A stretch of 64,000 nt of DNA from Pelagomonas calceolata (taxonomy: Eukaryota), in contig CAKKNE010000002.1 in NCBI GenBank assembly GCA_918797485.1, positions 4,836,001-4,900,000 on the forward strand, written 5' to 3'. Of the stretch, positions 41,653-50,566 are shown in pieces. The notes below the pieces were generated by a model. It saw only the letters and a program-made list of their open reading frames with translations. It made no database searches and was not told the origin of the DNA. The translations under genes and the position numbers were made by a program. The first letter of the stretch is position 1, and each line of letters opens with the position of its first letter.

Positions 41653-43032
41653 ATGTCCACGGGCCTCGGCCTCAACATCATCAAGACCCTCGACCGCGCC
41701 GCCAAAGATAGGTTGTACGGCGCCACCAATGAAGAGGACGCCGTGAGCGCTGGAAATGAATGGACGGTCAAAGCCGTCTTCGGCATGCTCGCTCCGCTCG
41801 AACAGCAGATCGTACTGAGGTTATTAGTGTGCGGCGAGGCGGGCGTCGACATCACGTTGGCGCGGAACTGGGTTACGGTGAGCGGTTCGTTCGCTAGAGC
41901 GGTGGCGGTCCTTGAGTCATTGAGGATCGTGGAGGCTCTGGATGGTGCTAAAAAGCTAAGAATCCCGACGGCATTTAGTACGAATCTCGGGAAGGCCTTG
42001 GCGGGCAATACCGAGGAGCCCTGGAGGTTGCAAGGTATTACGAACGACAAGAAACCCCCTACTCTAGACCAGCTCGACCAGTGGACGCGGTGGCGGTGGA
42101 CCAATGTTTTACTGTTCCTAACAGGAGAAGATCTGGACGAGACGGCGATCCCGCCGCAATGTGCCCAGGACTTTTTGAAAGGTGCTCAATTAATGACTCC
42201 TATCGAAGGCGGTATGTTGGAAATTACGGGTCGAGGTGTGGACTTTCTGCTGAAACCGCGAGCGGAGCAGGTCTGGGTGCTGGTCGACGAGTATTTGGCG
42301 AATCACGCTCCACAAAATGATCGGGGCGACGTCGTGGCTTTGATTTTATCTTTAGCATACACGACTGTTGGTCGATCTTACGCTATCGCTGAATTAAGTG
42401 ACCCGCAGCAGCGGGCTCTTGAAGTGTTGTTTGCTCTCGGTCTCATATTCAGGAGGAAGGAGACCTCCTCAAGATTCTACCCGACGTCGATAGGCGCGGG
42501 CGTCGCGTTCGGCTCGGACGAAAAGGCCGACACGGGCGGCGTGTCCATCCTCGTGCAGACGAATTTTCAAGTGGTGGCCTACACGGACGCGACGCAAGCT
42601 TCCGCTTCGTTGGTCCTGAACACGCTGGGGTTGTTTTGCGAGATCAAGGTGCGGCTGCCCAACGTCGTCGTGGGCGCCATCACGCGCGACATCGTCAAGA
42701 ACTGCATCACGCAGCGCCAGATTCGTTGTGGTCAGATTCTGAAATTCCTCGAAACGCACGCGCACCCGCTGACGGCGAAGAATCAATCTCCGATCCCGCC
42801 GAACGTGCGCGACCAGATCATCCTGTGGGCCGGCGAGGACCAGCGCGTGGCGTTCCGGCAAGGATGGTTGTTAGAATGTAGAACGGACGACGGCTTCCAT
42901 GCTGCTGTGAAGGCGGCGAAAACTGTTCACTGGCGGAGTGTAGGTAGGCGACGGTTGTTTGTGGACGACGCGGACCGGGAGCGGTGCCTCGTCGCCGCTG
43001 CGGAAAGTGGCGGGGCGATGGATGTGGGGTAA
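41653..43032 (+). CDS. TFB2: TFIIH subunit p52/Tfb2
   Basis: ITGRGVDFLL..QVW, RFYPT, ILVQTNFQVVAYT, LPNVVVGAITR, HAHP, PPNVRDQIILW. Confidence 0.93.
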   Translation: MSTGLGLNIIKTLDRAAKDRLYGATNEEDAVSAGNEWTVKAVFGMLAPLEQQIVLRLLVCGEAGVDITLARNWVTVSGSFARAVAVLESLRIVEALDGAKKLRIPTAFSTNLGKALAGNTEEPWRLQGITNDKKPPTLDQLDQWTRWRWTNVLLFLTGEDLDETAIPPQCAQDFLKGAQLMTPIEGGMLEITGRGVDFLLKPRAEQVWVLVDEYLANHAPQNDRGDVVALILSLAYTTVGRSYAIAELSDPQQRALEVLFALGLIFRRKETSSRFYPTSIGAGVAFGSDEKADTGGVSILVQTNFQVVAYTDATQASASLVLNTLGLFCEIKVRLPNVVVGAITRDIVKNCITQRQIRCGQILKFLETHAHPLTAKNQSPIPPNVRDQIILWAGEDQRVAFRQGWLLECRTDDGFHAAVKAAKTVHWRSVGRRRLFVDDADRERCLVAAAESGGAMDVG

Positions 43033-43208
43033 ATTTAGTACGTTAGTCTGCGCGGCGATGGCGTCACTCGGGGGCGTGGTACTTACTCGGTCGCGGGCGC
43101 CGCGCGACGACGACGCGGGGGTTCGCCGAGCCAGAACTTGCACACGAGGTGGGCGAGCGGGTCGGGGAGGCCCGGCGACGCCGGCACCTTCGCCGCGGCG
43201 CGCGTCCT

Positions 43209-43919
43209 ATGGTGTCGATTGGCATCGCGCAGACGTTCATCTTCGACTTTATATTATTTCGGCGGTCTCACCGGCCGGCGCTCCGCAAGATGACCCTCGA
43301 CTGGTTCCAGAAGCTCGCGGCGGCGTGTCGAGCAGCAGCGGAGGCGGCGGCGACCATCAACGCGGCCGAACCCGACGATGACGCCGTCGCGGCGGCGTCT
43401 CACGCCGCGGAGGACCTCGCCAAGGCCAGTAAGGGTGCTCAAGCGACCTTTGGTGTGGCCAAATTTGAGCCGCCCTGCCAGCGACCCTTCGACGCCGCCG
43501 GCTTCGAGCACCTGCTGGACGCCCAGGCGGCGGCCGGGTCTGCGATGACGACGCTGGCCGGCGCGATCAAAACTTATGTGGGGACGCGCGAGGACCACCG
43601 GTCGCGCATGCTGCTCCACGCGACGAAGCGGCTCGCCGACCAGGCCGACGCGGCGGCCGCGGCGGCACCGGCAGATCTGCCCACGGTCCTGGCCGCGTTC
43701 GAGGACGTGCGCGTGGCGCTCCTCCGCGCGCGCGAGGAGGCCTGGGACGCGTATTTCGACCGGGAGAATCCGCAACCCCTCGACGAGGCGATCGGCAACG
43801 AGGCGAGTCTGGCGCGGATGACCGCACTGGGCGCCGTCGAGACTGTGTGCTTCCACGTAGCGCGCGCGGCTGGCGAGGTCGACAACCTCGGGCTTCCTCC
43901 TCCGAAGAAGGATGATTAA
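43209..43919 (+). CDS. Hypothetical helical protein, 5' structure unclear (possibly a fragment)
   Basis: Open frame with GC3 bias; little room for a promoter after Tfb2. Confidence 0.4.
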   Translation: MVSIGIAQTFIFDFILFRRSHRPALRKMTLDWFQKLAAACRAAAEAAATINAAEPDDDAVAAASHAAEDLAKASKGAQATFGVAKFEPPCQRPFDAAGFEHLLDAQAAAGSAMTTLAGAIKTYVGTREDHRSRMLLHATKRLADQADAAAAAAPADLPTVLAAFEDVRVALLRAREEAWDAYFDRENPQPLDEAIGNEASLARMTALGAVETVCFHVARAAGEVDNLGLPPPKKDD

Positions 43920-43929
43920 TCACAACAAA

Positions 43930-45485
43930 CTACTTATAAAATCCCGCGTCCCCCGCGTCTATTTTCTTCCGCCGCTTGGCCGGCTTCTTCAAGCGCTTCT
44001 TCTCCTCCTTCTCCAGCCGCCGCTGCTCGCGGAGCGCCTCCTTCTCCTCCCGCAGCCGAATCTTCTCGTCGCGCTGGCGCGCCTTCTCGGCCTCTTGCTC
44101 CATCTGTTTTTGCTTCGCTTCGGCGACGTACGGTAGACTCTCGGGGATGAGCTCGGGGAAATTCAACAACGCCGCGGCCTCGACGCCGAGCTTCGACCAG
44201 ATGGCTCTATCATACGCCTTCGCGGCGTCCGCCGGCGCCGCGTAACTTCCGAGGTGGATCGGCTGCCCCCCTATGCTGATTTGGGAGTACCAGGCGTTGA
44301 TGGAGCCCTGGTACACTCCCCTATATTTTCTTTGATCCGGATGCGCCGTGTGCTTCGGCCTTCTTTCTTTATCTCTTTCTAGGAACTGTGATAAGGCGTC
44401 GAGGTCGTCTTGTTCAAACCCCAAAGCGTCCAGCGCCGTCAGGACGTCCTGCGGGCCTATTGTTTGTCTTTTGTTTTCCAAACACACGTCCGTCGCGGCA
44501 TAAGTAACGGTCATCGCGAATAGACCGCCCGCGCGCGCCAGGGCCGCCTGGAGCTCCGGGTCTTTTGATTCTTTGGGTCCTAGAAACCGTTTCGTGAGTT
44601 TTGCGGTCGTCGAGCGCGGCAGCTCAAATTCCAGAGCGTTTTTTGAGGCGAGACGCTCGTCGCCATAACTCACAGGTAACACGTCCGCGTCGAGCTGGGC
44701 CTGGGCCGCCGCCGCGGCCTCGGCTTCGGCTAGCGCGTCGTTGTTGGGCTCTGGCGACGGGCTCTGGCGCACGGGTGCCGCGGCGGGCGCGACTTCTTCG
44801 GGGTCGGAGCACTGGCTTCGCTGCGGGTCCCAGCGGTTCATGGAACAGAACCAGCGCTCGGGCAATGAAGCGACGTCGACGTGCGCCGGCAACCTTCGCC
44901 TGTGGGTGTACCGTCGCCGACGGGATCGAAGCAAATCCTAGTGACCGATACGCGATTCGAACGCGTAACCTTCAGGACTGGAATCTGACGCGCTACCGTT
45001 GCGCCAATCGGTCGAAGGCAAGGATGTACGAGGACGCCGGTGCGGTACCACTTCTGACAGCCGTCGCATTGGACCCATTGCGGCGCCGCCTCCGGTGCGG
45101 GCGGCGGCACCGCCGGCGCGGGCCCGCCCCTGCCGCGGCCGCGGCCTCGTCCGCGACCGCGTCCTCGGCCGCCGCGGCCTCGGCCACCGCGGCCGCCGCG
45201 GCTTGGTGCGGGTGTGCTGCTCTCAGCCGCCCCGACCGGGAGTCGGATCGTCAGCTTGCGCTGCGGCGGCGCCGCCGCGGCCCCCGGCAGGGCGTGGAAC
45301 GGGTCCATGGCCTCGTGAGCGTTCGGCAGCGCGCGTGGCGGGCCCTGGTCTACATCCGGAGGCGGCGGCGGCGCGGCAAAGGGGTTCGACGGCATGCCTC
45401 CTGCAGGCGCGGGCGGCAGCGGCGCGCGTGGCGGGCCCTGGCCTGCAGCTGGAGGCTGTGCCCAAGGATACGGCCCGTGATCCAT
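43930..45485 (-). CDS. CW zinc finger + NF-YB/Dpb4-like histone fold + AP2 domain protein; intron 44900-45048
   Basis: Spliced WVQCDGCQKW|RRLP..WFCSMNRWD..C; LPRSTTAKLTK..KRQTIGPQDVLTAL; KYRGV..HLGSY..AAKAYD..LNFP. Confidence 0.88.
44942..45013 (-). tRNA. trnW: tRNA-Trp(CCA), intronic
   Basis: GACCGAT/ATCGGTC acceptor stem, TGGCGCAACGG A-box, TT-CCA-GT anticodon loop, GTTCGAATC T-loop; 72 nt. Confidence 0.9.
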
Positions 45486-45979
45486 TTCTCAGGTGTTTGG
45501 TAATCAGCCGTTCGATATCGCGTTGCCGCGCCGCTGTTTACAGACAGAGCTTCGTGTGAGGGCCCTGCTCACAGCAGGTGTGCGGGGCGATGCCTTGCAC
45601 GATCAGTGTAAAAAATTGGACGTATGGACGCAGCGGCCCAGTCCGGCGGCGGCTACGAGAGCTTGCGCCGGAGGAATTGGGAGCAGCGACGGCATGCCCC
45701 AATATGTTCATTGCCTATCTAGGTAAATAATGGTACCGTACCGTATGGTACCTGCCGGTACGCGTCGCCGCCCGCCCGCAACAAAGCTCGGAGCGGTCAC
45801 CATCGCCAGCAAGGCTGCTGCGAGGTATCGGAGCGGTACCCTAGTAGGAGCCCATCGAGGCGGCGTCCATCCAGCGCCCAAAACGCGCTGCCAAATCGAC
45901 GCGTGCCGCGCTCAGTCGACGCCAGCCACACTTTCACGCGTTACAGAAAGACCGAGACCCATCAGGGGCAGCCAGAACC

Positions 45980-46939
45980 ATGGCGCCGGCGGCCAAGGAC
46001 ACCACCAGCAAAAAGGATGGCAGCAAGACGAGGAAGGACGCGGCCAAGTCCAAAGATAGCGTCGAGAAGGAGCCGTCCGTGGAATTGACGGAGGAGGAAC
46101 AGCTCGAGGAGTCCCGGAAGGCCGTCGAGGAGATGATGGGCGTGTCCGTGTATGAAGCCTTACAGCACGAGCGCGAGCGGCAAGCTAAAGAAGGTAAGCG
46201 CCGCGCTTCCGTCTCGAGGTTCATGTACGTCGGGAAGTTAGCTGAAGGTAGTACGGATGAAGAGGTGTTGGCCCAGACCAAAGGGGTGGTGGCCGAGCTG
46301 GACGCGGCCATCGAGGATAGCCCCTGGAACCACCCCACCACGGTGGAGGACATGGCCGTCACTGGACTATGTCTCGCCCACGCGAACTGCGTGGTCGGCG
46401 TCTTCGAGACGAAGTGCCCGAACGCCCTGGACTTTTTGACCAAACTAGAAAAAATCCCGGCCCTCGAGGACAAGGAATGTAGAGTATTGATGTGCACCGA
46501 AGATTGTCCTTCAAGAAACTTCACGGGAAACCACTTCCGGAAAGTCTCGAAAAAACCGGACAACTTCGAACTTTCGGATGATTTGGACGACGTTGATGTC
46601 GCGTGGGACCTGTTCCAAGACGTCCTGAAGGTCCACCAGATTTGTACCCGAAGGAACGTGCCGGACCCCATGGACTGCGGGGCCGCGGATTTCATTCCTT
46701 CCGCCGATCGGATCCGGGCTTGTGCGGATTCTAACCATAAAAAGCCCTGGTTCACGTTACGGGAATTCCTCGAGTTCTTCACGGACCCCATCCACATCGA
46801 ATTAGAATCCGATAAAGTCTGGCCGACGCAGCGCTTCGAGCAGGTCACGGGCTATTTGGATGATGTGAACGACGACCTGACGTCGAAGAACCCGCTGCCG
46901 CCGGGCAACGAGATCGGGCCCGAGGACATTAAGAACTGA
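45980..46939 (+). CDS. TEX47/DYBLUP/MOT7-like BLUF-fold protein
   Basis: RFMYVG..VTGLCL..VGVFE..RVLMCTEDCPSRNF; C-terminal PIHIELESDKVWP. Confidence 0.65.
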   Translation: MAPAAKDTTSKKDGSKTRKDAAKSKDSVEKEPSVELTEEEQLEESRKAVEEMMGVSVYEALQHERERQAKEGKRRASVSRFMYVGKLAEGSTDEEVLAQTKGVVAELDAAIEDSPWNHPTTVEDMAVTGLCLAHANCVVGVFETKCPNALDFLTKLEKIPALEDKECRVLMCTEDCPSRNFTGNHFRKVSKKPDNFELSDDLDDVDVAWDLFQDVLKVHQICTRRNVPDPMDCGAADFIPSADRIRACADSNHKKPWFTLREFLEFFTDPIHIELESDKVWPTQRFEQVTGYLDDVNDDLTSKNPLPPGNEIGPEDIKN

Positions 46940-47089
46940 GGTTTCTTCTCGTGTTGTTGGGGTGCGGCGGCGGCGTGCGCGCCAGAGCCACACACATCAC
47001 GGGGGGTGGGAGCTACACACGCGGCCAGATCAGAGCTCAAGATTCACACATTCATTCACTTACGCAGAGAAGCTACACAAGGGACCGGA

Positions 47090-47977
47090 TCAGAGCTCGA
47101 CGTGGTCCGCCACCACGCCTCCGTTCGGCACGTCCACGAATCTCTCCCACCCTTTGGAGGGCCGGAAGTGGACGAAGACGTTGTCGTAGCTCGTCCCGTT
47201 CAGGGGGATCATCCTCGCATGGATGGCCTTCGCGGACTCGTAGAGGACCATGTCGCCCGGCGCCATGACTACCGAGTGCGCGGTGCCGTCGTGCCCCATG
47301 ATTTGTAAAGGCCAATCGCTATCCACGTCCTGGCCCACGTTCAGGATCGCGGAGACGGCGTGCGTCGCGACGACGTCGACGTGCGCTTGGAGCGTCGAGC
47401 CGTTCGTGTACCGCCGAATGCCGTACGTCGACGTGTGCACTAAGCTACCCCATTTTTCTCTCCCTATCCAGTCCTCTAGTACCGAAGCCGTCGCCCGGTT
47501 GATCTCGCGCGTCAAGTCCCTATCTAAGGGCATCGTCAATGTAGGATGCCGCCCGCAGTTGTTCAGGTAGCCTCTGGTACAACCCTCCCGCCTCAACAAA
47601 TCGCGGTCGAGCATGAGCTGTCTATGTTGAAACAGCCGCGACCGCAGAGGCTCCGGGATGCGAACGAGCTTGTGCCCGAGCTCCGTAAACTGCGGCACCG
47701 TCGGCGGCTGGTGCTGGTTGATCCGCAGGTTGTTCGCGAACGTATCTCTGTCGTGGTCCGTCATCTCGTCGCCATAGAGATCAATTTCAAATCCAAAACA
47801 GTCCTTGGCTTTGGTACAGTCGACGCCGCACGCCGCCGCGCAGCTCTTGTCCATGTACGATGGGTTCTTAACACATTCGCCCTGCTTCGCCCAGTTGTCG
47901 CACTCGGGGTGCTGGTTCGCGCAGCGCGGGTTTGCTGTCACGCAGAGCGCGAGCGCGACGACGGCGGTCGTCCGCAT
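47090..47977 (-). CDS. Secreted/ER ShKT domain + 2OG-Fe(II) oxygenase (prolyl-hydroxylase-like)
   Basis: Signal peptide; CDNWAKQGECVKNPSYMDKSCAAAC; YGIRRY..HVD..HAR; ends HVEL. Confidence 0.85.
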   Translation of the reverse strand: MRTTAVVALALCVTANPRCANQHPECDNWAKQGECVKNPSYMDKSCAAACGVDCTKAKDCFGFEIDLYGDEMTDHDRDTFANNLRINQHQPPTVPQFTELGHKLVRIPEPLRSRLFQHRQLMLDRDLLRREGCTRGYLNNCGRHPTLTMPLDRDLTREINRATASVLEDWIGREKWGSLVHTSTYGIRRYTNGSTLQAHVDVVATHAVSAILNVGQDVDSDWPLQIMGHDGTAHSVVMAPGDMVLYESAKAIHARMIPLNGTSYDNVFVHFRPSKGWERFVDVPNGGVVADHVEL

Positions 47978-48203
47978 TGTTCTGTTGTTGGCTCGCTGCG
48001 GCGGCGTTTCTCGCTGCGACGCCTTTGCTAAGTTGTTTTTTTGTGGGCAGCTCTCACAAAAGAGCTATGCTCGCTTCCCGCAGCCAGGAATCGAATGTAG
48101 TTGTCACGCAGCCTCAAGTGTACTGTCCGGATGTCAACAATGACCAGAGAAGGTCGAGCCAACCAGGCTGCAATGCCAAAATGATTTTTTCCGGGAAGTG
48201 CGA

Positions 48204-48225
48204 GCTAGCGGCCTAAGACACTAGC
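48204..48225 (+). promoter_or_regulatory. CTAG-box motif (short spacer)
   Basis: GCTAGCGGCCTAAGACACTAGC, identical to 50399-50420. Confidence 0.6.
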
Positions 48226-48361
48226 AATCTGCGCGAACCCGCTCGTAAGATGCATCTGATGTTGATTGTGGCTCCAGCTCCGAGGACGCCATCGCCGCGA
48301 CGCGAAAAAAAAGCTACTCGACCGAATTAGTTACACACAAAGCACGCCCCGGAAGAAAGGA

Positions 48362-50056
48362 CTAGTGGTTCTTCTGCCCATCATCTTGAAGCCCCGCGGT
48401 GAAGTCCTCCATGGCGATGCGCTCCTCGCGGATCGACCGCCAGCCGTCCCACGTGATCTTGATGAGCGTGTGGAGCGGGATCTCGACCTTCGGCGCGTCT
48501 CGACGTTCGCCACCCACTAAATAAGAATAGAGCACCCTCAAAGTAGCTTGATGACTGACAACTAGTAGAGGCTCCTTGTACGACTCCAATTCATGCATTA
48601 ATGGATCAAGCCGAGCAATTAGATCCAAGTACGACTCGCCGCGCGGGTACCTGTACCCGAGCTTATCTCTCTTGCGCAACCGCGCTTCGTCACCATGCGT
48701 CCTTTCTATTTCCTCATAGGTCAACCCCTCACAGTCCCCGGCGAAGATCTCGTCCAGGTTCCTATAAACCCTGGGAGACATCTGGTGCCACACCCCACCA
48801 TCGCGCAACTCCAACACTGGATGGGGAATATGCCGCGCCGTATCAATAGTACGTTTGAGGGTTGACGTCCACAGGCGCGCCGGCTGGATGGGCTTCGGCG
48901 ACGTCGTACCCGTCCGCAAATCGACACAAGGAAACAATCTACCAAATAAAGGTCTTCCTGAACAGCTCTGCTCGTCCTCATCTGTCGAGTCCTCTAAATC
49001 TTTCAGAGGTGATCTATGATGAGTAGTCGTCCACACTTCCCCGGGCACGACCTTCCCGAGCCACTTCGCGTACTGCTCGCCGGCCGCGGTGATACCTGGA
49101 TTGCCTCCTATTTTTTTTTCGACGTCGTACAGAGACTGCCCATGTCTTGATAAGTATACAGTTCTAGGTCGAGGATGGACATGGCTCAAATATTTCACAA
49201 TCTGCATCAGTAAAAAACCGCGGATGTTGTTCGTGATGACCTTTTTCCCGTAGTCGATGAGTTTGACATATGAGAGATCATCTTCCGAACCATCATCTTG
49301 GATCGTCACGAAGTGCCGCCCATAATCCCGGATGGCTCTCTCAGTAGCTGCTAGTTTTCTCTGAACTTGCGCCTCGTCCATGTTTTCATCTGTGAGCCTT
49401 GACCTTAAGAATGACCGTACGACTCTATCATCTCGTACTACAACTTCGATGAACAGGAGCTTGACATGAACTCTGAGAGTAGATAGGTGCTTCATCATCT
49501 CGTAGCGCGCTGTTTTGGAGGTGCCGGCCCAGACCCTGTCTCGGGACTCGAAACCATCGGAAGAATCGAGGATGGCTATACGACCAGAATCGACGTTCTT
49601 CTTCAGTCGATCCAAGGAATCGTCGTCGATACCTTCCGCACTCCTCAACAACTGCGTCGTCGCACTCGCGTCCTCGGCCTCGAGATACGCCGCGAGGGCG
49701 TCTCCGACTTTCGCGTCGCTCTCCCGTAACTCGGGACCGCTCAGGTCGAAGACCTCGCACTGCGCGCCGTGGAAGAACGTTAAATAGCGTTGTAGTCTCT
49801 CGGCCATGAACTGCTTGCCTCTAGCTGGCAAGCCTAGGAAGCACACGACGTGTCTATCACCTAACGCTCCAGCAGCTAAACCGGCGGCCGGCGGCGGCAT
49901 TGTTGTGGGAGACGGGTTCGACGGGGAGGAGCGTAACAAATGCTCCTGCGCGAGGACGTAGTGCTTGGCCGCGCCGGACGGGTTCCGCCGGCCGCCGGGC
50001 GGGCTCACGTCGGCGTAGCTCGGTAAAGCGTCGGCGGCTGCTGCTTGGGCGGCCAT
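48362..50056 (-). CDS. PFKFB: 6-phosphofructo-2-kinase/fructose-2,6-bisphosphatase family
   Basis: GLPARGK, SRHGQS, WTSTLKRT, YRYPRGESYLD, SHQATLR. Confidence 0.92.
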   Translation of the reverse strand: MAAQAAAADALPSYADVSPPGGRRNPSGAAKHYVLAQEHLLRSSPSNPSPTTMPPPAAGLAAGALGDRHVVCFLGLPARGKQFMAERLQRYLTFFHGAQCEVFDLSGPELRESDAKVGDALAAYLEAEDASATTQLLRSAEGIDDDSLDRLKKNVDSGRIAILDSSDGFESRDRVWAGTSKTARYEMMKHLSTLRVHVKLLFIEVVVRDDRVVRSFLRSRLTDENMDEAQVQRKLAATERAIRDYGRHFVTIQDDGSEDDLSYVKLIDYGKKVITNNIRGFLLMQIVKYLSHVHPRPRTVYLSRHGQSLYDVEKKIGGNPGITAAGEQYAKWLGKVVPGEVWTTTHHRSPLKDLEDSTDEDEQSCSGRPLFGRLFPCVDLRTGTTSPKPIQPARLWTSTLKRTIDTARHIPHPVLELRDGGVWHQMSPRVYRNLDEIFAGDCEGLTYEEIERTHGDEARLRKRDKLGYRYPRGESYLDLIARLDPLMHELESYKEPLLVVSHQATLRVLYSYLVGGERRDAPKVEIPLHTLIKITWDGWRSIREERIAMEDFTAGLQDDGQKNH

Positions 50057-50398
50057 GCTTTTGTTTTTTGCGTCGACTGGCGTATTTATCTTGCGCGACG
50101 CGCGACCGGGTGCCGATGATGAATGGCTAGGCTGGATTTTTTTAATGACTTTGCTGCTGGAGCTCTAAGGTTTCACGGGAACCCGCTCCGCGAGCACGGA
50201 TGTGTTCCTTGGCAGTGAGGAACGTCGCAGCGCTCCGGCAGCGTCTGCTGGTGGGGATGCGCGGCCGACAAAAGCTCGGCTTGTGATTGCGTCGGCGCCG
50301 ACGCGGCCCAGCGTATGCGTGAGTATTCCAGCTGGAAGGGCTGTAGCAGCGCGTCTTGGACCCTATAACACGGCTGGAGCCAGCTTGGTTCTGAGCGC

Positions 50399-50420
50399 GC
50401 TAGCGGCCTAAGACACTAGC
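50399..50420 (+). promoter_or_regulatory. CTAG-box motif (short spacer)
   Basis: GCTAGCGGCCTAAGACACTAGC between divergent genes. Confidence 0.62.
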
Positions 50421-50566
50421 ATGCAGCAGAGCAAGGCAAAAAAGTGGCTGTGCGGCGTGATTCCTGGCTCTCTGCTTCTGGAAAAGCTTGCTCGTGTATC
50501 GCATAAGTCGTGTGCAATCGCTGTCTGGCTGAAAATACGGCTACATATCACTGCAGCAGGGCAAGG

